Of a stretch of DNA of 32,000 bases, positions 14,890 through 23,841 are shown in pieces. The notes beneath the pieces are model-generated. The model saw nothing but the letters and a program-made list of their open reading frames with translations. It was not told where the DNA came from and searched no databases. The stretch comes from Gemmatimonadetes bacterium T265. Lineage in GTDB: Bacteria; Gemmatimonadota; Gemmatimonadetes; Gemmatimonadales; Gemmatimonadaceae. The position numbers and the translations under genes are program-made. Every line of letters starts with the position of its first letter. The stretch's first letter is position 1. The DNA lies in contig BPUI01000001.1 in assembly GCA_019973575.1 (NCBI GenBank), positions 1,220,342 through 1,252,341 of the forward strand. The letters run 5' to 3'.

Positions 14890-16725
14890 TCAGTTCGTCG
14901 CCGCCATCACCGCCGGGACGAGCGCCTCGCGAATGCGCCGCCACGCCGCGTACTGCCCGTAGTTGCCGCCCGTGGTCGCGACGACCAGCGCGAGGTCGGG
15001 CACCACGACCACGAACTGCCCGCCGTTCCCGCTCGCCTCGTACGTCGGGTAGTCCCGCCCGTGCGCCCGCAGCACGTGGCGGTGCCACCCGAAGCCGTCC
15101 GTCGACCCGTCCGGGCGGTCCACCTGGCGCGCGGTCGACTGCACCGCCCACGCCGCGCTCACGAGCCGGGTGCCGCGCCAGACGCCGCCGTCCAGGTACA
15201 GCTGCCCGAGCTTGAGGAAGTCGCGCGGCCGCAGCTGCAGCCCGCCCCCGGCGTACGCCTCGCCCGTGGGCATCAGGTTCACCGCGTAGTGCGCGATCCC
15301 GAGCGGCCGCGCGACCGCCCGGTCGAAGAAGGCCGGGAGCCACTGCCCAGTCGCTTGCCCGATCACTCGCCCCACGAGATTGATGCCGCCCGAGCAGTAG
15401 GCATAGGTGGTCCCCGGCGCGTGCGCCCGGGGCAGGGCGAGCGTGAACCGGTACCAGTCTGGCTGCTGGTGCTGCGCCTGCATCGCGTCCTCGTTGCCCG
15501 GCGAGGCGTCGTCGTCGTCGTCGCAGGCCAGCCCGGACGTGTGGGTGAGCAGCTGCCCGACGGTGACCGGCGTCCCCGCGACGGTGCCCACGGACGTGTG
15601 CACGTCGACCGGTGCCCCGCCGTACCGCGCCCCCTCATACATGGCGGCTCCCAGCAGGATCGACGTGACCGTCTTGGAGGCGGAGCGCAGGTCGTGCAGC
15701 TGGTCCGGCCCGGTGCCGTAGAAGTACTCGTCGAGCACGAGCCGGCCGCGGCGCGCGACGACCAGGGAGTGCACGCGCGGCAGGCTGTCATCGAGCGGGT
15801 CGGCGCCCACGAGGCCCCGCACGATCCGCGTGAGCGCGGCCTCGTCCACCCCGACGGTGCGCGCGGGGGCGCCCCGCCATCCGTCGGCCAGGTCCGCGGG
15901 CGGCCGGTACGCGTACGGCGCGAGCGACGGCGAGCGCGGGACGAAGCCCACCGCCTGCTCGCGCGTGCGGGGCGTGAGCAGGATGGGCCCGCCGAAGTCG
16001 AAGAGCAGCGTGCGCCCGGCCGAATCGTACGGCTGCCGGTACTTGGGCCGCTTCGTCCGCGGGTCGAGGAAGGTGACGACCTCGCCGTCGCGCACGACCC
16101 CGTACACGCCGGCGCGCCCCGGCCAGTTCGCCGCGGGGTTGCGGAAGACGCCCTGGAGCGCGCCGTCGCCGCCGCGGCGCACCCAGAGGTAGAGCGGGAA
16201 GCGCGCGTCGAGCGGCGTGACGGTCGCGCGCCACGCGCCGACCCCGGCGCCGCCGTCACCCGCCGGGCGGAAGCGCAGCGGGGTCGCGTAGGGCGGGCCG
16301 TCGCCGTCGGCCGGCTGCACCCAGAACCCGTCAGGGGTCGAGCCGTGGCGCCCATTCGGCATCCCGTCCGTTGGGCGGTCCGGCGGGGCCCCAGACACCC
16401 GGGCCCGAACCGTCCCCTGCCCGCCCGGCAGCCGAAGGACGACGCTGTCGCCGGCCTGGTCCGCCGCGACCTCGAACCCGGCCACCCGGGCCGTCCAGCG
16501 GCGCCCCCCGGGTCCTCCGCGCTCGAGCAGGAGGTCGCCGCGCACCTGCGGGCCGAGGAGCGCCTCGCCGCCCCACAGGCCGAGGAGGTCGTCGCCTGCC
16601 ACGACGGGTGACCCCGTAGCCGGTAGCGGCGCAGGCTGCGACGGCGCAGGAGTCGCGAGCCCCGCCAGCGCGCTGGCGGCGGTGATGAGCGCGGTGGCAC
16701 GCGCGGTCCTTCCCTCACCTTGCAT
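14890..16725 (-). CDS. Secreted serine hydrolase, beta-lactamase/PBP fold, with ~280-aa N-terminal extra domain
   Basis: ATG 16725 (MQGEGRTARATALITAASALAGLATPAPS, signal-like) is preceded by gggagaggg (SD-like). The S-x-x-K active site is in LRSASKTVTS, and later motifs are YCSGGINL and HTSGL. The upstream 37 codons of the ORF are not needed. Confidence 0.85.
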   Translation of the reverse strand: MQGEGRTARATALITAASALAGLATPAPSQPAPLPATGSPVVAGDDLLGLWGGEALLGPQVRGDLLLERGGPGGRRWTARVAGFEVAADQAGDSVVLRLPGGQGTVRARVSGAPPDRPTDGMPNGRHGSTPDGFWVQPADGDGPPYATPLRFRPAGDGGAGVGAWRATVTPLDARFPLYLWVRRGGDGALQGVFRNPAANWPGRAGVYGVVRDGEVVTFLDPRTKRPKYRQPYDSAGRTLLFDFGGPILLTPRTREQAVGFVPRSPSLAPYAYRPPADLADGWRGAPARTVGVDEAALTRIVRGLVGADPLDDSLPRVHSLVVARRGRLVLDEYFYGTGPDQLHDLRSASKTVTSILLGAAMYEGARYGGAPVDVHTSVGTVAGTPVTVGQLLTHTSGLACDDDDDASPGNEDAMQAQHQQPDWYRFTLALPRAHAPGTTYAYCSGGINLVGRVIGQATGQWLPAFFDRAVARPLGIAHYAVNLMPTGEAYAGGGLQLRPRDFLKLGQLYLDGGVWRGTRLVSAAWAVQSTARQVDRPDGSTDGFGWHRHVLRAHGRDYPTYEASGNGGQFVVVVPDLALVVATTGGNYGQYAAWRRIREALVPAVMAATN

Positions 16726-16834
16726 CAACCCTCTCCCGTGATCGCGTCCTCCGCCGGCGCGCGCGCGCTGCGGCTGGTCGGGGGAAGTGAGCGCGCACCC
16801 TGCCGCCCGTCTTGTACCGCCGCAACATTCGGCC

Positions 16835-17791
16835 ATGCCATCCGATCTGCCCGGCCGCGCGGGTCCGCGCGGCAGCCACGCGGGCGCCGCGCCGGGCGCG
16901 GCCCTGGCCGGCGCCGAGTCGCCGGGGCGCGTCCTCCCGTTCGGCGCCTTCTACGGACGCCCTGACGTGCGGCGCGCCGCGCCCGGGCTGGAGGTGGCGG
17001 TGCTGGACGCCGACCCGCATCGCGTCGTCGAACGGCACGCGCACGCCGAGGCCCACTTCGTCTTCGTGCTCGCGGGCCTGTACGTCTCGACCGCGGCCGG
17101 CGCCCCGGCCGTGAGTGCCGGCCCGCTACTCGTCTACAACCCGGCCGGTACCACGCACCGGGACCGCTTCGAGGCACTCCGCGGCGCGAGCCGGCGAGGC
17201 GGCCCGCAGTTCGAGGGCCGCTTCCTCACGCTCTCGGTCGGGGCCGACCTGGTGGACGCGGCGGCCACCGACGGCCGGGCGCCGGAGGCGGCCACGGTGC
17301 TCCGCGACCCGGACGCGCTCGCGCTCGCGCGGCGCCTCGCCCGCGCCGTGACGGGCGACGAGTCGGGCCGTGAGGCGCTGCTCGGGGAGTCGCTCGCGCT
17401 CACCCTCCTCGCGGCCGCGGCGCCCGGCCGCCGCAGCGAGCGCACCGACGTGGCCGCGGCGCCGCCGCGCTGGCTCGCGGTCGCCCGCGAGCTCCTCGAC
17501 GACCGCTGCGGCGAGGCCGTGCGCGTCGCCGACCTCGCGCGCGCGGCCGGCGTGCACCCCGTGCACCTCGCCCGTGTGTTCCGGCGGCACCTGGGCTGCA
17601 CGCCCGGCGAGTACCTGCGCCACCGGCGGTTCGAGCGGGCCGCCGTGCTGCTGCGCGAGACGGCGCGCCCGCTGTCCGACGTCGCCCTCTCCTGCGGCTT
17701 CGCCGACCAAAGCCACCTCGCGCACGCGTTCCGGCGCCACGCCGGCATCACGCCCCGCGCCTACCGGCGAGCCGAGGACCGCAGCCCCTGA
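16835..17791 (+). CDS. AraC/XylS-family transcriptional regulator (cupin-like N-domain plus HTH_18)
   Basis: The C-terminal dual HTH is VRVADLARAAGVHPVHLARVFRRHLGCTPGEYLRHRRFERAAVLLRETARPLSDVALSCGFADQSHLAHAFRRHAGITPRAYR. The gene is divergent from the hydrolase gene (about 109-bp shared region). The start is ATG 16835 or ATG 16787. Confidence 0.85.
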   Translation: MPSDLPGRAGPRGSHAGAAPGAALAGAESPGRVLPFGAFYGRPDVRRAAPGLEVAVLDADPHRVVERHAHAEAHFVFVLAGLYVSTAAGAPAVSAGPLLVYNPAGTTHRDRFEALRGASRRGGPQFEGRFLTLSVGADLVDAAATDGRAPEAATVLRDPDALALARRLARAVTGDESGREALLGESLALTLLAAAAPGRRSERTDVAAAPPRWLAVARELLDDRCGEAVRVADLARAAGVHPVHLARVFRRHLGCTPGEYLRHRRFERAAVLLRETARPLSDVALSCGFADQSHLAHAFRRHAGITPRAYRRAEDRSP

Positions 17792-18225
17792 TGTCGCACC
17801 GGTAGACGTCTCGGCCGTTCGGGCCGTCGCAGAGCTCACGCGTTCGCGCGAACGCACGTTGCGTTGGCGTTAGGCGCAATCTTCGGAGTGAGACGCGGCG
17901 CAGGCGTCCACAACACGACCGTTCGGCTCGGGTGAGGCGGGCCGGCGTCGCCGCGGTGACGGCCGTCTTGCCTAACGTCGTGCGCGCATGCTCGCCCGCA
18001 TCCTCGGCAGCCCGTTGCGCACCACGCGCTCATTGGGGGCGCTTGCCGATGTTGGCGGCGCGGACGACATTCGGGCGCACAACGTCCCGCGCGGCGCGCC
18101 ACGCCGTGTCCCGGGACACGCGAGGCCGAGGGGCGCTGCGACGGACGACCGGTCAGCCGGGCGTTCGCCACGCTCGGCCCGCGTCGGCGACCAAGGGCGC
18201 CCCCGCATCTCGTGTGGGGGCTACC

Positions 18226-18927
18226 ATGCTGACCGTGGTACTCCTCGAGCCCGCCCGGCTGCACCGGCCCGGCACCAGTCTCGCCCTGTTCGTCACGACC
18301 GCCGTCGTCCTGCTCGGCTCGCCGGGCCCCGGCATCGCCGCCCTGGTCGCGGTCGGCCGCGCGCGCGGCCTCGGCGGCCTGCGGTTTTACCTCGGCCTGC
18401 AGGTCGGGCTCGCGGGCGCGTTCGGGGTGAGCGCGGCGGGGCTCGCCGCCGCCCTCGCGACCGCGCCGGCGGCCGCGACCGCCCTCGGCGTCGCCGGAAC
18501 CGCGTACTTGGGATGACTGGCGTGGCACATCGCCGCCGCGCCCGTCCGCGGGGCCGATGATCGGGCGGCCGCGCGCCCGGCCGCGGGCGCCCCGCCGGAG
18601 CCGGGGCCGTCAGGTTGCCACGCATTGAACGCGGGAGCGTCGGCCCGTGCCGGCCTCGTCCTCGGCGCCGCCAACCCGAAGGCCTACCTCGCCTGCGCGT
18701 CGCTGTTTGCCTCCTTCCGTCTCCTCGGCGGCGGAGCCGCCGACGCGCGGGCCGACGCGCTCCTCAAGTGGGGGCTGTGCGTCGCGGTCGCGGTGACCGT
18801 CGACCTCGCCTGGCTCGGGGCCGGCGCGGCGCTCGGCCGGGTCGCGCTGTCGGCGCGCGGCGAACGGGCACTGAACGTCGTTCTGGGCGCGACAGTCGGC
18901 GCCGCCGCGCTCGCCGTGCTGTGGTGA
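18226..18927 (+). pseudogene. LysE/RhtB-family amino-acid exporter interrupted by one in-frame TGA (18514-18516)
   Basis: ORFs 17932..18516 and 18625..18927 are in the same frame (both start positions are 1 mod 3). N-part: LALFVTTAVVLLGSPGPGIAALVAVG...ALGVAGTAYLG. After the stop: LAWHIAAAPVRG...RAGLVLGAANPKAYLACASLFASF...LNVVLGATVGAAALAVLW. Together they form one LysE-type six-helix protein. Start ATG 18226. Confidence 0.7.
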
Positions 18928-19318
18928 AGCGCCGGGTGACCCCACGGTCAGGCACCCCCGGTGTCTACCCCCCTCGGTGTCTACCGCCAACTCGAGGCCG
19001 ACCACGGCGGCCGTCCGGTCGTGCAGGCACGTGTGTTCGGACGCGGCGTACGTGCAGCGCGCGGTACTTGACCCGTAACGCGATCTGGCCCCGGGTCTCC
19101 GTGACGCACGAGCCACGCACCTGTTGGCGGATTCGGTCGCCGTGGGGTGAACCGGGACCGGGCCCTGGGGCACGTGAGGGGACGACGTCGCGCAACTGTG
19201 GCAGCCGGTCGAGTTCGCCAACGGAGCCCCACGGCTGAGGGACACCCGCCGGCGTTCGCGAACTCGACCGCAGGCGACTCTCATCGGCGGTGCTGATCCG
19301 GGGGCCGCCCGCCGCCGC

Positions 19319-20755
19319 TCATCGCAATCCCTCCACCAAGCGCGTCACCAGGGCGTCCACGCGGCCCTGGTCGCGCTTCTCGTTGACGAGCACCACGAGG
19401 CCGAGTCCGCGCGTCGGGTACAGGTAGGCGGCGCTGTTCCCGCCGAAGCCGCTGCCGGTGTGGTAGATCGTGCGGTCGCGGAACCAGTCGTGCCCCAGCC
19501 GCCACCCGAGCCCGATCCGCTCCGTCGAGTGCGGCAAGGCGTAGGTGGGCCGGTGCGACAGCACGAGCGCCGGCTCGGGGGACAAGTTGGTGGCGAGGTA
19601 GGTGAGCAGGTCGGCCGGCGTGGAGACGAGTTCCGGCCCGAGCGCGGCCGTGTACTGGGCGAAGTAGGGCACCGGCAGCCCCCGCTCGTCGGTGCCGGTC
19701 ACGGCCCGCCGGATCTCCGCCGCGCCCAACACCTTCTTCGTGTCCGTCATCCCGTAGCGCGCGCCGTAGTAGTCCCGCACGAGCCGCTCGAAGTCCCGGC
19801 CGTAGACGTGCTCGAGGGCGAGGATCAGTGTATTGATGCCCGCGCCCGAGTACTCGTAGCGCGTGCCCGGGGCGGCGTGGAGGGTGACGCCGTGCAGGTC
19901 GCGCGCGAGGTCCTGCAGCGTGTACGTCTCGTAGAACAGGTGTTGCTGGACGGGCGTGAGCCGGTCCAGGCTGTCCGGCCGGGTGATGGTCCAGAAGGGC
20001 AGGCCGGAGGTGTGGTTGGCCAGGTCCACGAGCCGGATCGGGCGGCCCGCGTACGCCAGATTCGGGTACGCCCCCGGCGGGTCCGGCAGGTACCGGCGGA
20101 CGTCGTCTGTGAGCCGCACCCGCCCGTCGGTGACGGCCTTGGCGAGCAGCGTGGTCACGAAGGTCTTCGTGATCGACCCCAGCTCGTAGAACGTCCGCGG
20201 CGTGGGGAGCGCGTGCGCCCCCCGCGCCGACTCGCCGTAGTTGTAGTACGCCCGCCGCCCGTGCCGCAGCACGCCGATGGAGAGGCCCACCGTGCCCGTA
20301 TCCGCGAGGTAGAGCAGCGCCGCCTGGTGGACGAGGCGGTCCTGCGCCGTGCGCAGTGGGTTATCGGTGGCGACCGTGCGTGGCGCCGCGGCTGGCTGCG
20401 GCGTGAAGTCGGTGAGCCGCCAGTCCTCGACGACCGCGCCGCCGGTCGTGTAGAAGTCGAAGCGCAGGTTCGCGCGCTCCCCCTGCCAGGTGAACCCCCC
20501 GCCGGCCGGGTAGCGGGCGACCTGGCGCGTCGCCGTGATCGCGCCCGTCTGGTCGCGCAGATGGCGCAGGAAGCCCGCGAGCCACGCCTTGTTCGGCTCC
20601 ACGACCCAGAGGGCCTGGAGCGCGGCGGTGTCGCCCTGATCGTACCGGTCGATGATCTGCGCGTTGAGCGCGGCGGGCACCGTCGGGGCGACCTGCGCGC
20701 TTAGAGAAGCGAGCGCAACAAACAGCACCGCCAACAGGAGGACGAACCGCCGCAT
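19319..20755 (-). CDS. Secreted serine hydrolase, class C beta-lactamase family (478 aa)
   Basis: ATG 20755 (MRRFVLLLAVLFVALASLSAQ, signal peptide). S-x-x-K is in ELGSITKTFVTT; other motifs are YEYSGAGINTL, ANHTSGLP and HTGSGFGG. The 1466-aa ORF 19319..23719 is an artefactual read-through of this gene, an intergenic gap and the next gene's shadow. Confidence 0.88.
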   Translation of the reverse strand: MRRFVLLLAVLFVALASLSAQVAPTVPAALNAQIIDRYDQGDTAALQALWVVEPNKAWLAGFLRHLRDQTGAITATRQVARYPAGGGFTWQGERANLRFDFYTTGGAVVEDWRLTDFTPQPAAAPRTVATDNPLRTAQDRLVHQAALLYLADTGTVGLSIGVLRHGRRAYYNYGESARGAHALPTPRTFYELGSITKTFVTTLLAKAVTDGRVRLTDDVRRYLPDPPGAYPNLAYAGRPIRLVDLANHTSGLPFWTITRPDSLDRLTPVQQHLFYETYTLQDLARDLHGVTLHAAPGTRYEYSGAGINTLILALEHVYGRDFERLVRDYYGARYGMTDTKKVLGAAEIRRAVTGTDERGLPVPYFAQYTAALGPELVSTPADLLTYLATNLSPEPALVLSHRPTYALPHSTERIGLGWRLGHDWFRDRTIYHTGSGFGGNSAAYLYPTRGLGLVVLVNEKRDQGRVDALVTRLVEGLR

Positions 20756-21093
20756 GGCCGGGGTGTGCGGTGGGGGAGGCGACGCCGGCCGGTCGCCGGG
20801 CGTGCCGCCACGACGGCACGGGACGTCGATGCCACAACGGAGTCCTCGGCCACGAGTGTCACCGACACGTGCGGCTCCTGTGCTCGCGGTGCGACTCGCC
20901 GGGTGCTGTCGCGTCGCCCGAGGCGCGCGTGTCGGGGCCAGGGGGTCGACGCGCATCGCCGGGTCAGCACTCGTCGCGACCGCATGACGGCTTACCGGGT
21001 GAGACGTGCTGCCCTGGATCGCGGAACTGACTGTGTAGGAGGGTAGGGGAAGCGCCGGCGGGCGGGCCGCCGCGGGCGCCCGGGCCGCGCCGG

Positions 21094-23598
21094 CTACTCC
21101 GCCCGGAGCGCGGCGTTCGGGTCGGCCCTGGCCGCGCGGGCCGCAGGCGCGGCGCTCGCCCCGAGGGCGACGAGCAGCATCGCCGCGGCCACGCCGCCGT
21201 AGACGCGCGGGTCCGTCGCCGACTGCTGGAAGAGCAGCGGCGCCAGCCAGCGGCTCGCCGCGAGCGCCAGGACGCTCCCGACCACCACGCCCGCGGCGGT
21301 GAACCGCACGCCCTGGCGGAGGACGACCCGCACCAGGTCGCCCGCCCGCGCCCCGAGGGCCGCCCGCACGCCGAGCTCGTGGCGGCGCCGGGCGACGTCG
21401 TAGCCGACCACCCCGGCGAGGCCGACGGCGGCGACCACGAGGGCGAGCGCGCCGAACCCGGTGAAGAGCGTCGCGCCCAGCCGCCACGCCCGCTCCTGGT
21501 CGTCCACGACGTCGCGCAGCGGCTGCACGGTCACGTACGCCGGCCCGGGCAGCACCGCCTGCAGCGCGCGGCGTACCTGATCGCTCTCTCGGGCCGCGTC
21601 GCCGCGCACGCGGACCAGGAGCGCCCAGCCGCCCCCCGCCCAATCCCGGTTCTGCTCGAGGGGCAGGTAGTAGTGCAGGCGGGCCGACGGGGTGAGTTCC
21701 TGCTGGACGATGTCCTCGGCCACGCCGACGACGGTCGCGCACGGCATCGTGTCGGCGAACACGTGCACGCAACGTCCGAGCGCCTCCCGGCCGGGCCAGA
21801 GCGTCCGCGCCATGGTCGCGCTCACCACGGCCACCCGCGGCGCCCCCGCGCGGTCGGCGATGGTGAAGCCGCGGCCGCGCACGAGGCGGGTGCCCATCGT
21901 GCGGAAGTAATCCGGCGTCGCCGTCTGGTACGTGAACTCGCCGAACCGGCCCACCGAGTCGAGGCCGGGGACCGTGGGCGGATTCACGTTCGTGCGCAGG
22001 AACGGCACGGTGGTCACCCACGCGAGGTGCTCGACGCCGGGGACGGCGGCGGCCGCGTCGAAGAGCGCGCGCTCCAACCGGGCGCTCGTGCGGTCGTCCG
22101 CCGGCGCCCCGCGCAGCTCGGGATGGACGACGAGCACCGGCGCCACGTCGTAGCCGAGCGGCAGCGCACGCACCCGACCCAAACTGCGCACGAACAGCCC
22201 GGCGCCGACGAGCAGTACGACCGAGAGCGCCGCCTGCACCACGACCAGCGCGCCCCCGAGCCGGCTCCGCGGCGCCGTGCCGCCGCGCCCGCCCGCCCGC
22301 AGCGCCCCCGCGAGACGCGCCGCGCCGGCGTCGCCCGCACGGCCGGCGAGCCACGCCGGCGCGAGGGCGGCGAGGAGCCCGGCGACCGCCGCGAATCCCC
22401 CAGTCGCCGCGACGGTCCGCCCGTCGGTCCACACGCCGACCGCCCCGGCGTCGGCCGGGCCGTCGGCGAGCAGCAGGCGCCCGACCACGGCGCCGCCCAG
22501 CCACGCGACGGTCAGCCCAACCACGCCGCCCGCGGCGGCGAGTACGAGCGTCTCGGCGAGCACCTGGCGCGCCAGGCGCGCGCGGCGGCCGCCTAACGCG
22601 AGCCGGACGGCGGACTCGCGCGCGCGACCGAGCGCGCGCACGAGGAACAGGTTCGCGACGTTCGCGCAGGCGATCAGCAGCACCACCGCCGCGACCCCGG
22701 CCACCCAGCGCGCGGTGCGCGCCTCGAGGCTCGGGTCCGGCCCGGCGCCGAGGTGGACCGCCGCGACGACCGCGCCCGGCTGCGCCACCCCGGCCGGCGG
22801 GAGCGACGGCTCGACCGCGCGCCGGGCCTCCCAACTCCGGCGGTACGCCTGGTCCGCGTCCGCCGTGGCGCGCGCGAGGGTGACGCCCGGCTTCCGCCGG
22901 ACCAGGACTTCCATCCAGCGCCAGTGGTAGCGCGTGTAGTAGTCGGTCGGGTCGTCGCGGTTCGGCTGGGCCGCCGCGGCGTAGGTCGTGATCGGGAGGT
23001 AGAGGGCCGGCGGCGCCCCGACGTCCACGCCGGCGAAGCCGGGGGCCGCCACGCCCACCACGGTCAGCCGCTGGGCCCCGACCTGCACGACCGCGCCGCG
23101 CACGTCGCGGCCGCCGTACGCGGTGCGCCAGAAGTCGTAGCCGAGCACCGCGACGTCGGCGCCGCGCGGCGTGGCGTCGTCGGCGTCCACGAGGAGGCGG
23201 CCTAACGCAGGGCGGACGTCGAACAGGGCGAAGAACGCCGGGCTCACGGCCAGCACGGGCCGCTCGCGCGTCGCGTCGCCCGTCCCCACGGCGAGCGTGA
23301 GGCGGGCGACGCCCACGACCGGCGAGAAGGCCGTGGTCCACCGGGCGAGGTCCTGGTAGCGCGTGTACTCGGCCGTGCGCTGGGTGGAGACGACGCCCCG
23401 GTTCACGGCGCGGAAGTACACGCGGTGCACCGTGGCCGGGTCGCGCAGGAACGCGGGCGGGCGGAAGAGGAGCCGGTCCACCACGCCGAACATCGTGACG
23501 TTGGCCCCGATCCCCAGGCCGAGGGTGAGGACGACGGCGGCGGCGAAAGCGCGGGCGCGGGCGAGCGCGCGCACGGCGAGGCGGAGGTCGGTGAGCAT
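21094..23598 (-). CDS. ABC-transporter permease, MacB-like/FtsX, duplicated ADOP type (834 aa)
   Basis: N-terminus MLTDLRLAVRALARARAFAAAVVLTLGLGIGANVTMFGVVDRLLFRPP. There are two MacB-type periplasmic domains, each followed by FtsX-type helices (..FLVRALGRARESAVRLALGGRRARLARQVLAE.. and ..RRRHELGVRAALGARAGDLVRVVLRQG..). It ends ADPNAALRAE. No ATPase gene is adjacent. Confidence 0.9.
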   Translation of the reverse strand: MLTDLRLAVRALARARAFAAAVVLTLGLGIGANVTMFGVVDRLLFRPPAFLRDPATVHRVYFRAVNRGVVSTQRTAEYTRYQDLARWTTAFSPVVGVARLTLAVGTGDATRERPVLAVSPAFFALFDVRPALGRLLVDADDATPRGADVAVLGYDFWRTAYGGRDVRGAVVQVGAQRLTVVGVAAPGFAGVDVGAPPALYLPITTYAAAAQPNRDDPTDYYTRYHWRWMEVLVRRKPGVTLARATADADQAYRRSWEARRAVEPSLPPAGVAQPGAVVAAVHLGAGPDPSLEARTARWVAGVAAVVLLIACANVANLFLVRALGRARESAVRLALGGRRARLARQVLAETLVLAAAGGVVGLTVAWLGGAVVGRLLLADGPADAGAVGVWTDGRTVAATGGFAAVAGLLAALAPAWLAGRAGDAGAARLAGALRAGGRGGTAPRSRLGGALVVVQAALSVVLLVGAGLFVRSLGRVRALPLGYDVAPVLVVHPELRGAPADDRTSARLERALFDAAAAVPGVEHLAWVTTVPFLRTNVNPPTVPGLDSVGRFGEFTYQTATPDYFRTMGTRLVRGRGFTIADRAGAPRVAVVSATMARTLWPGREALGRCVHVFADTMPCATVVGVAEDIVQQELTPSARLHYYLPLEQNRDWAGGGWALLVRVRGDAARESDQVRRALQAVLPGPAYVTVQPLRDVVDDQERAWRLGATLFTGFGALALVVAAVGLAGVVGYDVARRRHELGVRAALGARAGDLVRVVLRQGVRFTAAGVVVGSVLALAASRWLAPLLFQQSATDPRVYGGVAAAMLLVALGASAAPAARAARADPNAALRAE

Positions 23599-23841
23599 GG
23601 GGAACCCTGGAGGCGAACCGCGGGGCCACGCGCGGCGTGCCGCCGGAGGCGGCCGCGGCCACCCGACGCGAGGGAAGCGGCGTGCCGCCCGGCCACGGGG
23701 CGCAAGCCGTTGCGTACACGCGCCTTACGGACCGCCGCCGATCACGGCGCCGGCTGGCCGGTGTGCGATTGTGGGACGCTCGTGTTCGGCGTCGGACGGC
23801 CGCGGGCGGCGGACGGCCGCACGCGCGACGGCCCGCCTACC

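Noticed and set aside
17840-17855. 16-bp perfect palindrome gcgttcgcgcgaacgc, 49 nt after the AraC stop.
   Set aside because: Short CG-rich palindromes are frequent by chance at this GC content. It has no loop or U-tract for a terminator and no second copy for an operator. Noted only.
18514-18516. Reading the in-frame TGA of the LysE gene as selenocysteine.
   Set aside because: I could see no SECIS-like stem-loop immediately downstream. The position lies in a TM helix end where Trp or a hydrophobic residue is expected, and LysE proteins are not known selenoproteins.
19319-23719. Single 1466-aa ORF suggesting one giant protein.
   Set aside because: Only the last 478 codons (from ATG 20755, with a signal peptide) form a coherent serine hydrolase. 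The upstream part is junk out of frame with the ADOP permease gene (21094..23598).
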